DNA of 64,000 nucleotides from Naegleria gruberi. Its lineage: Eukaryota. Made by a program: the position numbers and the translations under genes. Shown here piece by piece: positions 20,926 to 32,526 of the stretch. Within the stretch, counting starts at the first letter, position 1. Each line of letters opens with the position of its first letter. The stretch lies in NCBI GenBank assembly GCA_000004985.1, contig GG738852.1. One strand, given 5' to 3'. The notes under the pieces were generated by a model that was not told where the DNA came from, searched no databases, and saw only the letters and a list, made by a program, of their open reading frames with translations.

Positions 20926-21828
20926 TTAAGCTCCATATTTTGGACTCTTTCTGAGTTTGTAAGCCATTTCAGAAATTACAAAATCAATTAAAATTGCACA
21001 ATTTCCATTCAGTTCAATACTTGATTTTTCAGTTAATTGAGTATTTGTGTCACTTCTAGTTTCTCCTTCACAATGTTGTACACAGATTAAAGATGGTTCA
21101 TGGTGAACAATATCTGTGAGTATTGTTCCATTCTTTTGTTCATAGCTTTGGAGTGGACGGAAAGGTGATGATTTCTTATTGAATGATGGAAGGACAGAAT
21201 TGAAAGGTGTACTCACAAGAATGACATTGTAAATCTTGAATTGGTTCTGCTTTTGTGTAAATAAATTATTAACTTGTTTCAATAAGTGATCAATTTGTTG
21301 AATATGATTTCTCTTTTCCTCAATTGTTTGTAATTTGGTAATATTATCGTGGAGTATTAAAATATCATTGGAAAGCATTGCTTGAACAGCATTTTCACAA
21401 ATTGCATCCTCTTCCTCCTTGTTATTTACAATAAAATTCAAAAACTTGGCATTATCCTTCTTGCTTTTGAAAATATTCAACACATTATTATTAGTTGTCC
21501 ACATCTCTACTTTAAGCTTTTTAAATTTACAGAATAAACTTTGTTTTTCTAATTCAAGTTCTGGGTTTTCCTTCCACAAATTTGCCTCTTCTTCATCAAC
21601 AGGATGAATCGGATCCAAATAATCAAATAATTGCATCAAATAGCCACAATCATTATTAATCATGGTTGAATTTGGTATGGAGGATGGAAATAATTTTCTA
21701 CCGTGAACAAGAGTGGTTCCACCAATGGATGCTATACGATCCATTTCTTCATGTTTTGATTCTTCCAAAAGGTTACCATCACAAGCTCCTTCAATAAATA
21801 CCAAAATACTCTTGCAGGTTTGGGCCAT
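20926..21828 (-). CDS. Conserved hypothetical protein of 300 aa.
   Basis: Clean ORF with an A-rich start (aaaaATGGCCCAA). No family recognised ('VQHCEGETRSD' near the C-terminus). Confidence 0.4.
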   Translation of the reverse strand: MAQTCKSILVFIEGACDGNLLEESKHEEMDRIASIGGTTLVHGRKLFPSSIPNSTMINNDCGYLMQLFDYLDPIHPVDEEEANLWKENPELELEKQSLFCKFKKLKVEMWTTNNNVLNIFKSKKDNAKFLNFIVNNKEEEDAICENAVQAMLSNDILILHDNITKLQTIEEKRNHIQQIDHLLKQVNNLFTQKQNQFKIYNVILVSTPFNSVLPSFNKKSSPFRPLQSYEQKNGTILTDIVHHEPSLICVQHCEGETRSDTNTQLTEKSSIELNGNCAILIDFVISEMAYKLRKSPKYGA

Positions 21829-21948
21829 TTTTATTTGTTGGTTTCAGGACTTCCATTGTTTTTCAATGAACTTACGTTGATTCACTTCCACTTGGTGAAA
21901 CAATTTAATAAGAGAAAGTGAAAGTAAATTAAAGTTTCAGAAGATGAT

Positions 21949-23553
21949 TTATTCTTCATCTTCATCATCGTCTTGATCGTCAATATCTTTTTCATAGTCC
22001 TCATCAACTTCAATATCATCACCTTCTTCATCATCGTCAATCATTTCATTCAAATCCAAATCTCCTTCAAACATTTCATCATTTTCATCGGCATCTTCAT
22101 CTACATCTTCGTCAACTTGTTCATCATCGTCCACTAAGAGTTCACTATCCTTTTCGAGGGTTTCTTGGAATTTTTGTAAAAAGTCATTCTTTTGTTTTTC
22201 AACTTTATCCTCCTTTTCCTTCTTCTTTCTTTGGACATTTTCTTCTTGTTGCTTCCTACGTTCTTCCTTAAGTTTCTTCTTTTCATCTCTTTCCTTCTTT
22301 TCAGCTTCCTTAATATCAGCTGGTTTATCTTCAAAGAGAGCGTGATAAATAGTTTCTCCTGTGAAAACACCTTCAACTACCTTTCTCAATTTAAGTGTCA
22401 ATCTAGGTCCAATTTCTTCTAAACGAACCTTGACTTTAGATCTAGAGTTGGCTTCAAAGTTATCATCTACTTCAACAGCTTCAGCTTGGAATTTGTTGTC
22501 AGAGTTGGCAGCCTTAGCAGCAACTACTTCATTCCTAGAGTTGAGAGCCATGAATTCCTTATTTGCAGCAGCTTCCTTTTCTTTATAATATAAGAGGGAC
22601 TTTTCTTTGAGAGCAATATCAGCTTCAAGAGAAACATATGGATCTGAAAGATCTTCAATCTTTTCAGCCTTTTTGATTTTTTCTTCAGCTTTGCTACCAA
22701 GTTTTTGTTTCATATCCTTTCTTTGTTTGTAAAGTTCTTGAAGTTCTTCCTTAACTTTATCCAATTTCTTTTTAAATTCGCTCACTTTCTTGGCAGCATT
22801 CTTCTTCAATGTATTTAATCTGAATGGAGTAATGACATCAGATGTCTTTTTGATACCATAATGTCTCATTTCTATTGTTTCATCATCTTCGTCATAGTTA
22901 AACAAAACAACTCTCTTCACATGAGCAAGTTTGAAGGATTTAACATCTACAGGAGGGAACATATTTTGGAATGTGAGTGACATCAATTGAATGTGACTCT
23001 CACTGGAAGTAAAATTGTTAAGAATACAGATGGCAGGATCTTTAAAGAAGGTTGCTTCATCACAAGAAATTTGATGGTTCAGTTCCTTTAAAAAGAAGCT
23101 TCTCAAAGTTTTCATTGTGCAATAATTTTGAATTTCAAATGTAAGTGTTGGTCCATTAGGAAGTCTACAAATATTCAAACTTGTTAAACTAACACTTGAC
23201 GTCAGTGTTACGAGATGAGTAACGTGTGCTTGCTTTGAAAATTCAACATAATCCACAACTTTAGCCTTTCCAGAATCATTCAAATCCTTGGCTGTGTATG
23301 GAAGCATAATTTTTCTCATATCGGCACACAAATTTCTCAAAGGCTCTGGTTTATATTTACCTCTAACAACAATAATTGAACGTGGCACAGAAGCAATTTC
23401 GGCTTCCTTCAATTCCTCCTTCTTTTGTTTAGCACTCTTTCTAATTTCATCACTAAAGTGTTCCTTTGATTTGTTGTCGACTTTTGTTCTCTTCTCGCTT
23501 CTTGTAAGATCGGCGAATGCACGTTGATCACCCTTTTTTCTCTTGTGAGTCAT
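21949..23553 (-). CDS. Brix-domain ribosome biogenesis protein (SSF1/Peter Pan family) with an acidic C-terminal tail.
   Basis: 'VPRSIIVVRGKY...' opens the Brix domain. K/E-rich coiled segments are followed by a poly-D/E tail. True ATG is at 23553 ('aaaaaaaaATGACTCAC'); the track start is upstream on TTG. Confidence 0.7.
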   Translation of the reverse strand: MTHKRKKGDQRAFADLTRSEKRTKVDNKSKEHFSDEIRKSAKQKKEELKEAEIASVPRSIIVVRGKYKPEPLRNLCADMRKIMLPYTAKDLNDSGKAKVVDYVEFSKQAHVTHLVTLTSSVSLTSLNICRLPNGPTLTFEIQNYCTMKTLRSFFLKELNHQISCDEATFFKDPAICILNNFTSSESHIQLMSLTFQNMFPPVDVKSFKLAHVKRVVLFNYDEDDETIEMRHYGIKKTSDVITPFRLNTLKKNAAKKVSEFKKKLDKVKEELQELYKQRKDMKQKLGSKAEEKIKKAEKIEDLSDPYVSLEADIALKEKSLLYYKEKEAAANKEFMALNSRNEVVAAKAANSDNKFQAEAVEVDDNFEANSRSKVKVRLEEIGPRLTLKLRKVVEGVFTGETIYHALFEDKPADIKEAEKKERDEKKKLKEERRKQQEENVQRKKKEKEDKVEKQKNDFLQKFQETLEKDSELLVDDDEQVDEDVDEDADENDEMFEGDLDLNEMIDDDEEGDDIEVDEDYEKDIDDQDDDEDEE

Positions 23554-23972
23554 TTTTTTTTGAATTGAATAAATTTTTAAAAACTTCAAACATCTTTAGC
23601 ATTAATTTTTTTTCAGGAGTTCAACACAAGAGAAGAATTTTCCATTATCTTATGCATCAATGAGTGATGGACCACAACAAATTATATTTGAGTAATAATT
23701 GATTTATTTGATTTAAAGAAATAGTAAAATAATTTCAAGTTGGATTGATGAGTGCCTGACTATGTGAGTGGCAATTGTTTAAATAGTTGACCAAATCATT
23801 GTTCAACATTGAATTTCTTCCTTTTTTAAAATATCAAATTGGAAATATTAGAGTGTCTTTTTACAATGGAAAGTATCATGTTCATATAAAGACAATTACC
23901 TTTTCAATATAATAGTAATTTGATTCTAATTGAAAATTCTCAATCACCTCCACATCTTTAATATAAAAAACA

Positions 23973-24446
23973 ATGAATTGCAACCGTCATCGTCGTTATC
24001 ATTCAAAACAGCAACAACCACTACTACTTACAACCATTATAGCAGCAGTATTGATTATCTTTGCATGGTTACAAGCTTCCAGGGCCTTGGATTTGGGTCA
24101 AAGTGTGGACAATCAATTGGTTAGACCAGGAGGAAAGTTTCCAATGACAAATCAAACTCTCATTGAAGAATTATCCAATTTTATAGTTTCCAATTCTTCA
24201 CTCAATCAAATTTGTTCAGTGCAACGTGTTATTAATCCTCAACAACAAATTGTAGCTGGAACCATGTACTATATGACTATCCAAGTTTCCAGAATCAAAC
24301 CAGGAAGTGGATATACAACTGCTCAATGTGGTACAGTCAATCCTGCCAATTTGGAAGTAGTTTGTGAGGAAGTTAAAATTTTCAAACCACTCAACTCAAA
24401 CACTTATCAAATTAAGAATGAAACTATTGTAACTTGTCCACCTTAA
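23973..24446 (+). CDS. Cystatin-family cysteine-protease inhibitor with an N-terminal signal/anchor.
   Basis: Q-x-V-x-G motif 'QQIVAGTMYYMTIQV'. Hydrophobic N-terminus 'LLLTTIIAAVLIIFAWL'. A-rich ATG. Confidence 0.65.
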   Translation: MNCNRHRRYHSKQQQPLLLTTIIAAVLIIFAWLQASRALDLGQSVDNQLVRPGGKFPMTNQTLIEELSNFIVSNSSLNQICSVQRVINPQQQIVAGTMYYMTIQVSRIKPGSGYTTAQCGTVNPANLEVVCEEVKIFKPLNSNTYQIKNETIVTCPP

Positions 24447-24750
24447 ACCATTTGAAATATTGTAATACAATAAACAGTGTGAGATTTCAAACAACTTGAA
24501 CCATTCGAATGAACTCTGATGTATTTTTACAAAACTTGTTCATCCACTGATATGAACCACATTTCAATCAACCTGGAAGAATTTAAAATCAAACTCTTCC
24601 AAACAATCAAAAAAAATACAACACTCCCAACCACATGAATTCATTCTCAAATCTAACATAATCATCTCAACATCAACACAACATTGAAAATCACCCTCAT
24701 TATCATCAACACCCAAGTTATAACTTTTCAAGAAAAAATTGAAGAAAAAA

Positions 24751-27444
24751 ATGTTGAATCCCTTTCAACAGTTGCCTCACTATCCACAACCAACCACTCA
24801 ACAACAAGATAATAACAATTCAATTACAATGTCAACAACAAGTGGTGGAAAAACACACCAAGAAATGTTACAACTCGGAACAAATTCTAGTAGTTCTACT
24901 CTTCAGTCTGGTATAAATAATGCATTCCGAAAGAATGCCAGCAATAATAATAATAATGGAGGAGGGAGTAGATGTTTTTCTCCACTCTCACCTATTGGAT
25001 ATACAATGAATAGTGCTAGTAGTGGTAGTAATTATGCAACCAATGGAGGAAACCAATCTCCATTTGATATTGCAAATAATATGGATTCAATATTTCCGAC
25101 CTTTCCCAATGAAGAAAGTCGTTTGCCAAAGGTAAAGAATTTGCTAGGTGTTCCAACACCTCGTTTTTGTGCATACATGTTGAGAGGATTGCATGAATTG
25201 TACACTCCTATTGGTCCTAATATTTGTGGCTGGAATTTGTTGGATTCTAATTGGTCATTGAATGAATTGGACCAAATGGTAATGGAAAATGTCAAGTGTG
25301 GAAGTGATTTCAATAATAGATTTTTGAATTTTACTGCACATTCCAATTTAATTACAGTTTTGCAGCAAAATCCAAAATATAGTAATTTTATTGCCAGTGC
25401 ATGTTACTCAGGAGAGTTGAAAATTTGGAAATTCAATGAATCATTCAATGTTCTCAATATGGAAGCGAATGAAAATCCTTTTGAATGCATGCAAACAATT
25501 CAAATTCCAAACTCTTTCAGATGCCAATGTGGATTTTGGAGTGCAGACGGCTCTAAATTTGTAATATGTACAGAGGGATACGGAGGTAGAATTACAGTCT
25601 TTGATTTTAATCCAAAAACCCTAAATATGAGTATAATCGACCAATCAGCTGGGTTCTATCAGATGGCCTCATTCATTCGACCACTGAATGGAGATAGTGC
25701 TGGTAGATATTTCATCTTTGCACTTGAACAAGTTAAACAAAAGAAGGAATGCGGAGTTTCTCTCTCACTTTTCGAAATTGAAAATGGTACCAGATTGAAT
25801 CACATAGATACAAAACCACTCAATTCCAGTGGACCATTGAGTACAACACTCGAATGCAATAGTAATGAAAATTTACTAGCAGTAGCTTTCCAAGATAGAA
25901 GTGTAAAAATTTATGGAATTGATGACAAGATGGATATTAAGGAGTTTTGTTCATTCACGGCCATTGGTAGAGGCACTATTTTCATGATGCAATTCAATTC
26001 ACGTGACGAATTGAGTTTCCACAATTGTGAGAAAAAGACAATTGATATTTATCAGATACAGAGGGTGAATTCAGGAGAAGACTTTTTCGAATCCAAATTA
26101 ATTTCTCAACACTCATTGAATTCTTCTGCAATTTCCCTTTACTTTTTCAAATGGTTGGGTGATAGTTTAATATGGACTTACATTGATTCTGAATTCTCAC
26201 TCGTAAAGGTTAAGAGACAAGAGTCTGAACTAGCAATCAAACCTGGAAAGAAAGTGACTTCCATAAGATATCACGATTTAACATGTTGTGGTATTGACTT
26301 TTCACCTGATGGTGAGTTTTTAGTGACTGGTGACTTTGTAGGTCAAGTCATGTTATGGAAAACCAATGGAAATTCACACATACCAATAATGTCTAGTTTT
26401 GTTCCTGGATCTGTGAGAGCAATTTGTTGCAAGTGGCATGAAAATAGTTGGAACGATTCTGAAATTGATGAGAATATGAATTCTAGAATTTTATCTGTAT
26501 TCATTGGATCTCTAGATAAGAATGTACATTGTTGGAATATTGATTTGGATAAGATGGAGACCATTGATGATCCTTATAACAATATCAAATTTTCTCTCAC
26601 ATCCGATATTGTTTGTTTGAGATGGTGTAATGGAAAATGTCCAAGACTTTTGGCATGTGGCAGTAGTAATGGTATGCTATGTGTTATGGAAGACAACTCG
26701 AGAGAATCTCCAATTCTAAAGATTAAATTGGCAATCATTGCACACAAACCAATATTTGGAAATAAGGACACTAGGTTTGGATCAATATCGAAATTCAGTG
26801 AAATTTGGTCCGTTTGCTTTTCACCTTGCAATCAATATGTTGTCACTTGCAGTGAAGATCAAACAACAAGAATTTTCGATCTATATGGAACACAACTTCA
26901 TTCCCTCACTGGTCACACAACTGCTGTTACATCAGTAGAGTGGAAATATATTAAGGGAATTGGTGAGTTGATAGTGACATGTGCAGACGATAGAACTGTC
27001 ATGGTGTGGCGATTGAATACTCAATATGCAGATAAGGATAAACATTACCATCACTACCACCAATTATACGAATTGGAAAAGCAACAAGGACAAAAAGCTT
27101 TAGAGGAACAAGAAGATGACTTTGATAAACAGGAACGTCACTCCATGGATAGATGGGGTCTGTATCATGTCTTTAGAACTGATGATCAGTACGGATTAGA
27201 TTGGCACACTCTGACCTATCTCCAAATTGAACCAAGAGGTACTCGTCTCAGTGTTTCCACTCAAAATGGATATGTCTTTGTTTGGGATTTGAGATTTAGA
27301 AAATTAGTGAGTTTTGGTAAGGGACATCAAGGTTCAATTGAAGGTCTCAAATGGATTACTCACATGAATGAGAATGGCATCTCCAATCTGTTGGCAACCT
27401 GTAGCAGTGATTGTACCATTAATATTTTCGAAATGCACTACTAA
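24751..27444 (+). CDS. WD40-repeat protein of about 897 aa with a poly-N/Q N-terminus. Specific family unknown.
   Basis: Multiple WD motifs ('LTGHTTAVTSVEWKY', 'VMVWRLN', 'ATCSSDCTINIFEM'). True ATG is at 24751 (aaaaaaATGTTG); the track start at 24739 is TTG. Confidence 0.6.
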   Translation: MLNPFQQLPHYPQPTTQQQDNNNSITMSTTSGGKTHQEMLQLGTNSSSSTLQSGINNAFRKNASNNNNNGGGSRCFSPLSPIGYTMNSASSGSNYATNGGNQSPFDIANNMDSIFPTFPNEESRLPKVKNLLGVPTPRFCAYMLRGLHELYTPIGPNICGWNLLDSNWSLNELDQMVMENVKCGSDFNNRFLNFTAHSNLITVLQQNPKYSNFIASACYSGELKIWKFNESFNVLNMEANENPFECMQTIQIPNSFRCQCGFWSADGSKFVICTEGYGGRITVFDFNPKTLNMSIIDQSAGFYQMASFIRPLNGDSAGRYFIFALEQVKQKKECGVSLSLFEIENGTRLNHIDTKPLNSSGPLSTTLECNSNENLLAVAFQDRSVKIYGIDDKMDIKEFCSFTAIGRGTIFMMQFNSRDELSFHNCEKKTIDIYQIQRVNSGEDFFESKLISQHSLNSSAISLYFFKWLGDSLIWTYIDSEFSLVKVKRQESELAIKPGKKVTSIRYHDLTCCGIDFSPDGEFLVTGDFVGQVMLWKTNGNSHIPIMSSFVPGSVRAICCKWHENSWNDSEIDENMNSRILSVFIGSLDKNVHCWNIDLDKMETIDDPYNNIKFSLTSDIVCLRWCNGKCPRLLACGSSNGMLCVMEDNSRESPILKIKLAIIAHKPIFGNKDTRFGSISKFSEIWSVCFSPCNQYVVTCSEDQTTRIFDLYGTQLHSLTGHTTAVTSVEWKYIKGIGELIVTCADDRTVMVWRLNTQYADKDKHYHHYHQLYELEKQQGQKALEEQEDDFDKQERHSMDRWGLYHVFRTDDQYGLDWHTLTYLQIEPRGTRLSVSTQNGYVFVWDLRFRKLVSFGKGHQGSIEGLKWITHMNENGISNLLATCSSDCTINIFEMHY

Positions 27445-27555
27445 ATAGCAACTACTAGGATATTAATTATAAAACTCGAGTACTGTTTGGATTTTTTGTT
27501 TTCAATTCTTTTTCTGTATTTTAAACTGACCATTTAAAATATCAAACAATAAAAA

Positions 27556-28220
27556 ATGGTAGTTCACTCGATATACGTGCTGAACAAGGCTGGTGGTTTG
27601 ATTTATCAAAGGGTAAGTGGTGATGATCAACATGTTGATCAAGAAAAATTATAATTAATTGGATCGGAATGACGTGATCACGATGTGATGTTGCGGATTT
27701 AAATATTAAATTTTAATAGGATTTTGGAAAATTCTCAGAGTTTGTAAAAATTGAAAAGGAGAATGTTGAATTATTAAAAACAAATCCAACAGGTGTGATT
27801 CCACAAAACAAATATGATGGAAAATTTATTAAACCTTTCGGAAATCAATATTTGACATTGGCATCAACATTTCACGGGCTTCATGCCATTTCAAAAGAAT
27901 TAATTCCACCACATGCACGTGTTAATCCAGAAGAGGAAAATGGTGGTATTGAAGTACTTGATTGTGGAACTTACAAATTATTTTGCCATGCTGCAACAAC
28001 AGGAACTAAATTCTTTTATTTATTTGATGCCAAGAAATTCTCCAATGATGGTGTCAGTACCATGGAAGATTGTTGTAAATGGGTTTACCAATGTTATGTA
28101 GATTATGTAATGAAGAATCCTTTTTATGAATTGGAAATGCCAATCAAATGTTCTCTATTTGATGAACATTTAGATAAATACATGACAAATTTGAACTCGA
28201 CCCTCAAGAAGGCACCATAA
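27556..28220 (+). CDS. TRAPPC1: TRAPP complex subunit Bet5/TRAPPC1, 2 exons. Approximate join(27556..27612, 27720..28220).
   Basis: Exon 1 'MVVHSIYVLNKAGGLIYQR' ends at a GTAAGT donor. A 107-nt intron ends at TAG|GAT, where the frame-3 ORF opens. 'YKLFCHAATTGTKFFYLFD' and 'CYVDYVMKNPFYELEMPIKCSLFDEHLDKYM' align with human TRAPPC1. Confidence 0.75.
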
Positions 28221-28382
28221 TTTTACATTATCTCATAATTTATTGTATAAATGTTTAAAATTGTAAAAATCTTTAAAGCATAACAATATCACCAGGTTTC
28301 AACTTGGTTTTTTCTTGTTTTTTCTTTTCAATTTGCTTTCTTCTAGCTTCATCTACTTTTGATGTAAATTCATACCATGTAC

Positions 28383-28943
28383 TCATATCATCTGCTGTTT
28401 TAGATTCCCTCTTCCTTTCTTCTTTCTTCTCTTTAGGTGTCACTGATGCAATATTGTTTTGTATAATTTCAAGAATTTCTAAAATTTGATCTTCAGAATA
28501 TCTAGATTCACAATTTTCAATAATCTTTGATAAATATTAAATATATTTTAGTATTAGAAGATAACTCACAGAGTGAATTTCCACAAGTGATGATGGTGGA
28601 CTATTAATTACTAACATCTTTTCCGATCGTGTCAATGAGAATGGTCCCAAATCCTTTAATAAATTCCTAATAGATTCCTCATTTTGATTGTTAACTTTAG
28701 TTTGTTTATCAAAATAATATAATAATCTACATTGAAAATCTAGCAGTGGATCCCTAAATCTTTTAAAATTTGATTCCCGAACTCCTAGTTTTTCTTTTCT
28801 ATTTTCAAAATGTTGTTCAACAATTTCTTTCACTTCAAAATTTGTCAATGGATATTCTTCGACTTTTAATCTGTTATTTATTTATGTTCCGAAATTATTG
28901 TTATTATTTTATTCCTCTCTGGTGCTGCTACGTACACTTTCAT
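28383..28943 (-). CDS. RNA polymerase III subunit RPC9 (CGRP-RCP/Rpb4-like), 3 exons. Approximate join(28943..28936, 28870..28570, 28524..28383).
   Basis: Spliced product 'MKVLKVEEYPLTNFEVKEIVEQHFENRKE...LTRSEKMLVINSPPSSLVEIHS|IIENCESRYSEDQILEILEIIQNNIAS' parallels human CRCP ('MEVK...LSNYEVFQLLTDLKEQRKE...[47 protein letters not shown]'). Introns are 65 and 45 nt (GTACGT and GTGAGT donors). The 8-nt first exon is tentative. Confidence 0.6.
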
Positions 28944-29285
28944 TTTTTATTTGAATTTATAAAATTCAAAAATAACGTTAAATTAAAGTTTAATATTGAA
29001 ATTGCACAATTTACAACAACATTGCCAAGTGATTGGTGCTAATAGAGAAATGAATGGAATTACAATTTTATTTGGGAATTTACCAATGAATAATTGGATA
29101 ATCCCATAAATCGATTAGCCCATTGCTAATTTCGTCTCCGATTTGAGTTGTTAGTTGTTGTTCAATCATGTAAATGATTGTAGGATGGTTGTCCTAATGA
29201 TTTACAAGGAATTCATAAGATAAGGATAAATTCCAAAGAGTTCTTCTTTTGAAATTCAATCTGAATTAAATTCAATTCACCTTTT

Positions 29286-30060
29286 TAATTGTATCTGTAC
29301 TTTTCAACCATGAGTTTGGCAATTGCAGAGTCACTAGATGTTAAATAGTAATTACTATCCTTGAGACATGTTGAAATAATGTCATCAAATTTAATATCTT
29401 CACAATCCAAGCCAGAGTGACCTTGTTGACCACAATTAAAACAAAACTTCTTGTTCGAAAATGATTTGTAACTCGATGAACAATTCTATATATCGGATTA
29501 TTGTTAGCAACAGTTAGATAAATTACAATTAAATATTAAAATTTGATAAAACTTACCAAATGTCCCTTCTCCCCACAAACGAAACAAGTAACATCGGCAG
29601 GAATGTCATCTTTTGTGATAATATATTGTTTCATTGGACATTTGGATTGCAAGTGTCCTTTCTTCGAGCACCATTCACAAACAATTGCAGTAGCAGCCTT
29701 GTGAGGACAATTATCAACTTTATGCTTGTTCAAACAAATTGGGCAATAATTACTCGTACACCTAGTTTCATCGTGGTCACCTCCACAAGTTTTACATACA
29801 AATTCATATTCACTCTTTGATCCGCACTGAAGAGTTAAATCCATTCTCAAATTTTCATCGGTTGGTGTATTGTTATTTTCTTCCGAAGATGATTCACTAC
29901 TATCATCATTAATTTCCAAGATGGGTATTTGAAGTGATGATTGTTCCTTCTTGGACTTTCCATTTTCCACCTTTTTCGATTTTTCAATCTTTTGTTTTAA
30001 TTGTTCAAAGGCTCGAGAGGTTTTTGTTGACGATGCTACTGCTTGTTTCTTTTTGGCCAT
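29286..30060 (-). CDS. CCHC zinc-knuckle protein with five or more knuckles, 2 exons. Approximate join(30060..29557, 29485..29286).
   Basis: Knuckles 'CKTCGGDHDETRC', 'CPICLNKHKVDNC', 'CEWCSKKGHLQSKC', 'CFVCGEKGHL'. After a 71-nt GTAAGT..TAG intron, exon 2 adds 'CFNCGQQGHSGLDC'. A-rich ATG (aaaaaaaATGGCC). Confidence 0.65.
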
Positions 30061-30142
30061 TTTTTTTCAAGTATTTTTTTGATTTTCGTTTCAAGATTGA
30101 AATGAATGGTTGTTATTGATACAATTAATTTATTGTGCCATA

Positions 30143-31798
30143 TCAGACCAAAACAATTTCCAGCCAAGGGATTGATTGTGCCATTTTTACAATCGATTCA
30201 GAAAGCTTATTGTCAGAAATGTCCAATTTTTTCAAACTGAAAAGTTGAGATCGAGATCTGCTTATTGAAATAATTGATTCCTCTCCAATCTTGTTATCAG
30301 CAATAACTAATTCTTCTAATTTTCCAAAATATTGACCTTTGCAAATGTATTGCACTCCAGAATTTTCCAAATTATTGCAAGTCAATTCAAGTATTTTAAG
30401 ATTTTTAAAATTTGGAGAGTTGGCTAGCGCTTTTGCTCCCTCTTCACCAATATGATTCGATCCCAAATGAATTTTTGTAATACTTTTCAAGTAAGGGCTC
30501 TGACTTAATACTTGGCATCCCTTGTCTCCAATAAAGTTGTGACTCCAATTGAGAGTGTGAATATTGATGAGGTATGGCAATTCAGAAATCATATTAATAC
30601 CTTCCACCCCTTTCAGGGTCATGTTTAACAGTTTGATATTTTTCATATTGAGTCCATTAAATACAATATTTGCATGTTCCGCGGTGAAATATCTACAACT
30701 ACAATTTAAATCTGTCACCTTCGATAGAATAGTGCTGGAAACAACCCTTTCAAAACCCTCCTTTTGAACATTATTAGTACTGATATCTAATACAGTAAGG
30801 TTTCTCAAATATTCGCTTTGTGAAATTTCCACAGCAGCTTTATCACTAATTCCAGTTTTTGAAACGTCTAGTACTCTTAAATTTGACATGTTCGGACTTT
30901 GTACTAAATCTATTATTGCTGCATCACCTGCATTATTCCCATAGAGAGCCAAGGTTTTCAGATTCTTAATGTAAGGACTGTGAGCTAGTGCAGTAACTCC
31001 TATCCCTCCAATTTCATTAATGTCAAGAGAGATGTTGGTCAGATTGCTCATATTTTCACTATTGGCTAGTGATGTTAGACCCTCGGTCCTAAAAAATGTT
31101 CGATAACAATTCAATTCTGTCAGATTCTTAATATATAAGCTCTCAGATAGGGATTTTGCTCCAGCTTGAGTCACATTGTTCTTTGAAATGTCCAAATAGG
31201 TAAGGCCGGACAGAAAGGGGCTATTGGCTATTGATCTAATTGCTTCATCTCCAAACTCATTATTATAAATATCCAGATGGGTCAATTTGCTTAAATATTT
31301 ACAATTAGCCAATTTTGAAACTCCTTTATCAGTTAAATAATTCCCATACAAATCCAAATGTGTTAAATTTTGAAATATATCAGATTGAGTGAAGCCTTCA
31401 ATTCCTTCATCTCCTATCTTGTTACAAAATAATATCAAAGTTTTCAAATTTTGCAAGTTTGAACATTTGGCTAATTCGATCAATCCTGCATTATCTAATT
31501 TGGCACTTGGAGCAGCATATCTAAAACTTAGAAACGTCAAATTATTTAAATATTTTGAATTTGATTCTGATATTGATTTAACCAAATCCCTTCCCTTGAT
31601 CAATCGCTTTTTTATCCAAGTCAATTTAATATTTGTTGCCTCCCTTTGCCACTGCTTTGAAATTAGAATACACGATGAAAGAACATCCTTTGAATCAAGA
31701 AATGCCATGATTGAGAAACAAATATCATCTGGCAAATCAGTATGGCTATGGGTACTATGGGATCGGGTAGACTTTTTAAGAAACGAAAGCAGAGGCAT
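30143..31798 (-). CDS. RNI-type leucine-rich-repeat protein with an N-terminal F-box-like motif.
   Basis: 'DDICFSIMAFLDSKDVLSSCILISKQW' is F-box-like. It is followed by about 18 ribonuclease-inhibitor-type LRRs ('L..L.L..N.IGDEG...L'). This gene ends with a TGA stop, unlike most others here. Confidence 0.6.
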   Translation of the reverse strand: MPLLSFLKKSTRSHSTHSHTDLPDDICFSIMAFLDSKDVLSSCILISKQWQREATNIKLTWIKKRLIKGRDLVKSISESNSKYLNNLTFLSFRYAAPSAKLDNAGLIELAKCSNLQNLKTLILFCNKIGDEGIEGFTQSDIFQNLTHLDLYGNYLTDKGVSKLANCKYLSKLTHLDIYNNEFGDEAIRSIANSPFLSGLTYLDISKNNVTQAGAKSLSESLYIKNLTELNCYRTFFRTEGLTSLANSENMSNLTNISLDINEIGGIGVTALAHSPYIKNLKTLALYGNNAGDAAIIDLVQSPNMSNLRVLDVSKTGISDKAAVEISQSEYLRNLTVLDISTNNVQKEGFERVVSSTILSKVTDLNCSCRYFTAEHANIVFNGLNMKNIKLLNMTLKGVEGINMISELPYLINIHTLNWSHNFIGDKGCQVLSQSPYLKSITKIHLGSNHIGEEGAKALANSPNFKNLKILELTCNNLENSGVQYICKGQYFGKLEELVIADNKIGEESIISISRSRSQLFSLKKLDISDNKLSESIVKMAQSIPWLEIVLV

Positions 31799-31972
31799 GG
31801 TATGATATTTTTTTCAACTTGGTTTAAAGTTCATATTTCCAAAGTTGTTTTTACAAAGGTTATGGAATTATTTAATTTCATGAACAATTTAAAAAACATT
31901 TGCAAATTACAAAGTTAATATCTCAATAAAATAATCAAATTATTCAGAAGTCAATAATTATTGGAAAAAATG

Positions 31973-32239
31973 ACTAAAACTGCCAAACACAAGTTTATGT
32001 GGGAAACTGTAAAGTTTTTACACGAGTCTAAGAATTCCCTCCAAGAATTGGAGAGGAGATTGAGATCATCATTCGGATTTAAAGTTGCATTTATTTCGGG
32101 ATTTGTTCTTCTTGGATATTTACCATATGAAATTAGAAAAGTTGTTTCCGAAAAACAACCATCAATTATTTCGCTCACCAACAAGACATTAGCAAGAAGT
32201 GAAGAAAGGAAACAAACTTTAAAGAATATGTTTGATTAA
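31973..32239 (+). CDS. Small hypothetical protein of 88 aa with one predicted TM helix.
   Basis: A-rich ATG (aaaaaATGACT). Predicted TM 'VAFISGFVLLGYLPY'. No homology recognised, so it could be spurious. Confidence 0.25.
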   Translation, partial: TKTAKHKFMWETVKFLHESKNSLQELERRLRSSFGFKVAFISGFVLLGYLPYEIRKVVSEKQPSIISLTNKTLARSEERKQTLKNMFD

Positions 32240-32526
32240 TTTATTAATTTAAATTAATTATCGGAGATGATAATAAAATTTCGAAGAGTCATGAGATTCT
32301 TGGAAGGCAAAAAGATGATATTATAAAAACTAATTTCATTATTATTTAAATATTAACATGTTAATTATTGTGAACTAAAAGTTTTCAAGAAGGACTAAAT
32401 GAGAGAATAGAGAAAGCATTAAACACACAATTAATCCACCCTACCATTTCTCCTACTATCAATACAAATGATAAAAAGCCGCTAATAACAACATTTTTGG
32501 ACCATATGCTCTCTTATTGAATCTAC

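Noticed and set aside
20926-21828. Attempt to assign the 300-aa ORF to a metallo-phosphatase/mutase family via 'HCEGETR'
   Set aside because: Only a single short motif. Not enough to name a family, so it is kept as hypothetical.
28304-28489. 61-aa ORF on the plus strand
   Set aside because: Antisense to exon 3 of the RPC9 gene, which has clear homology.
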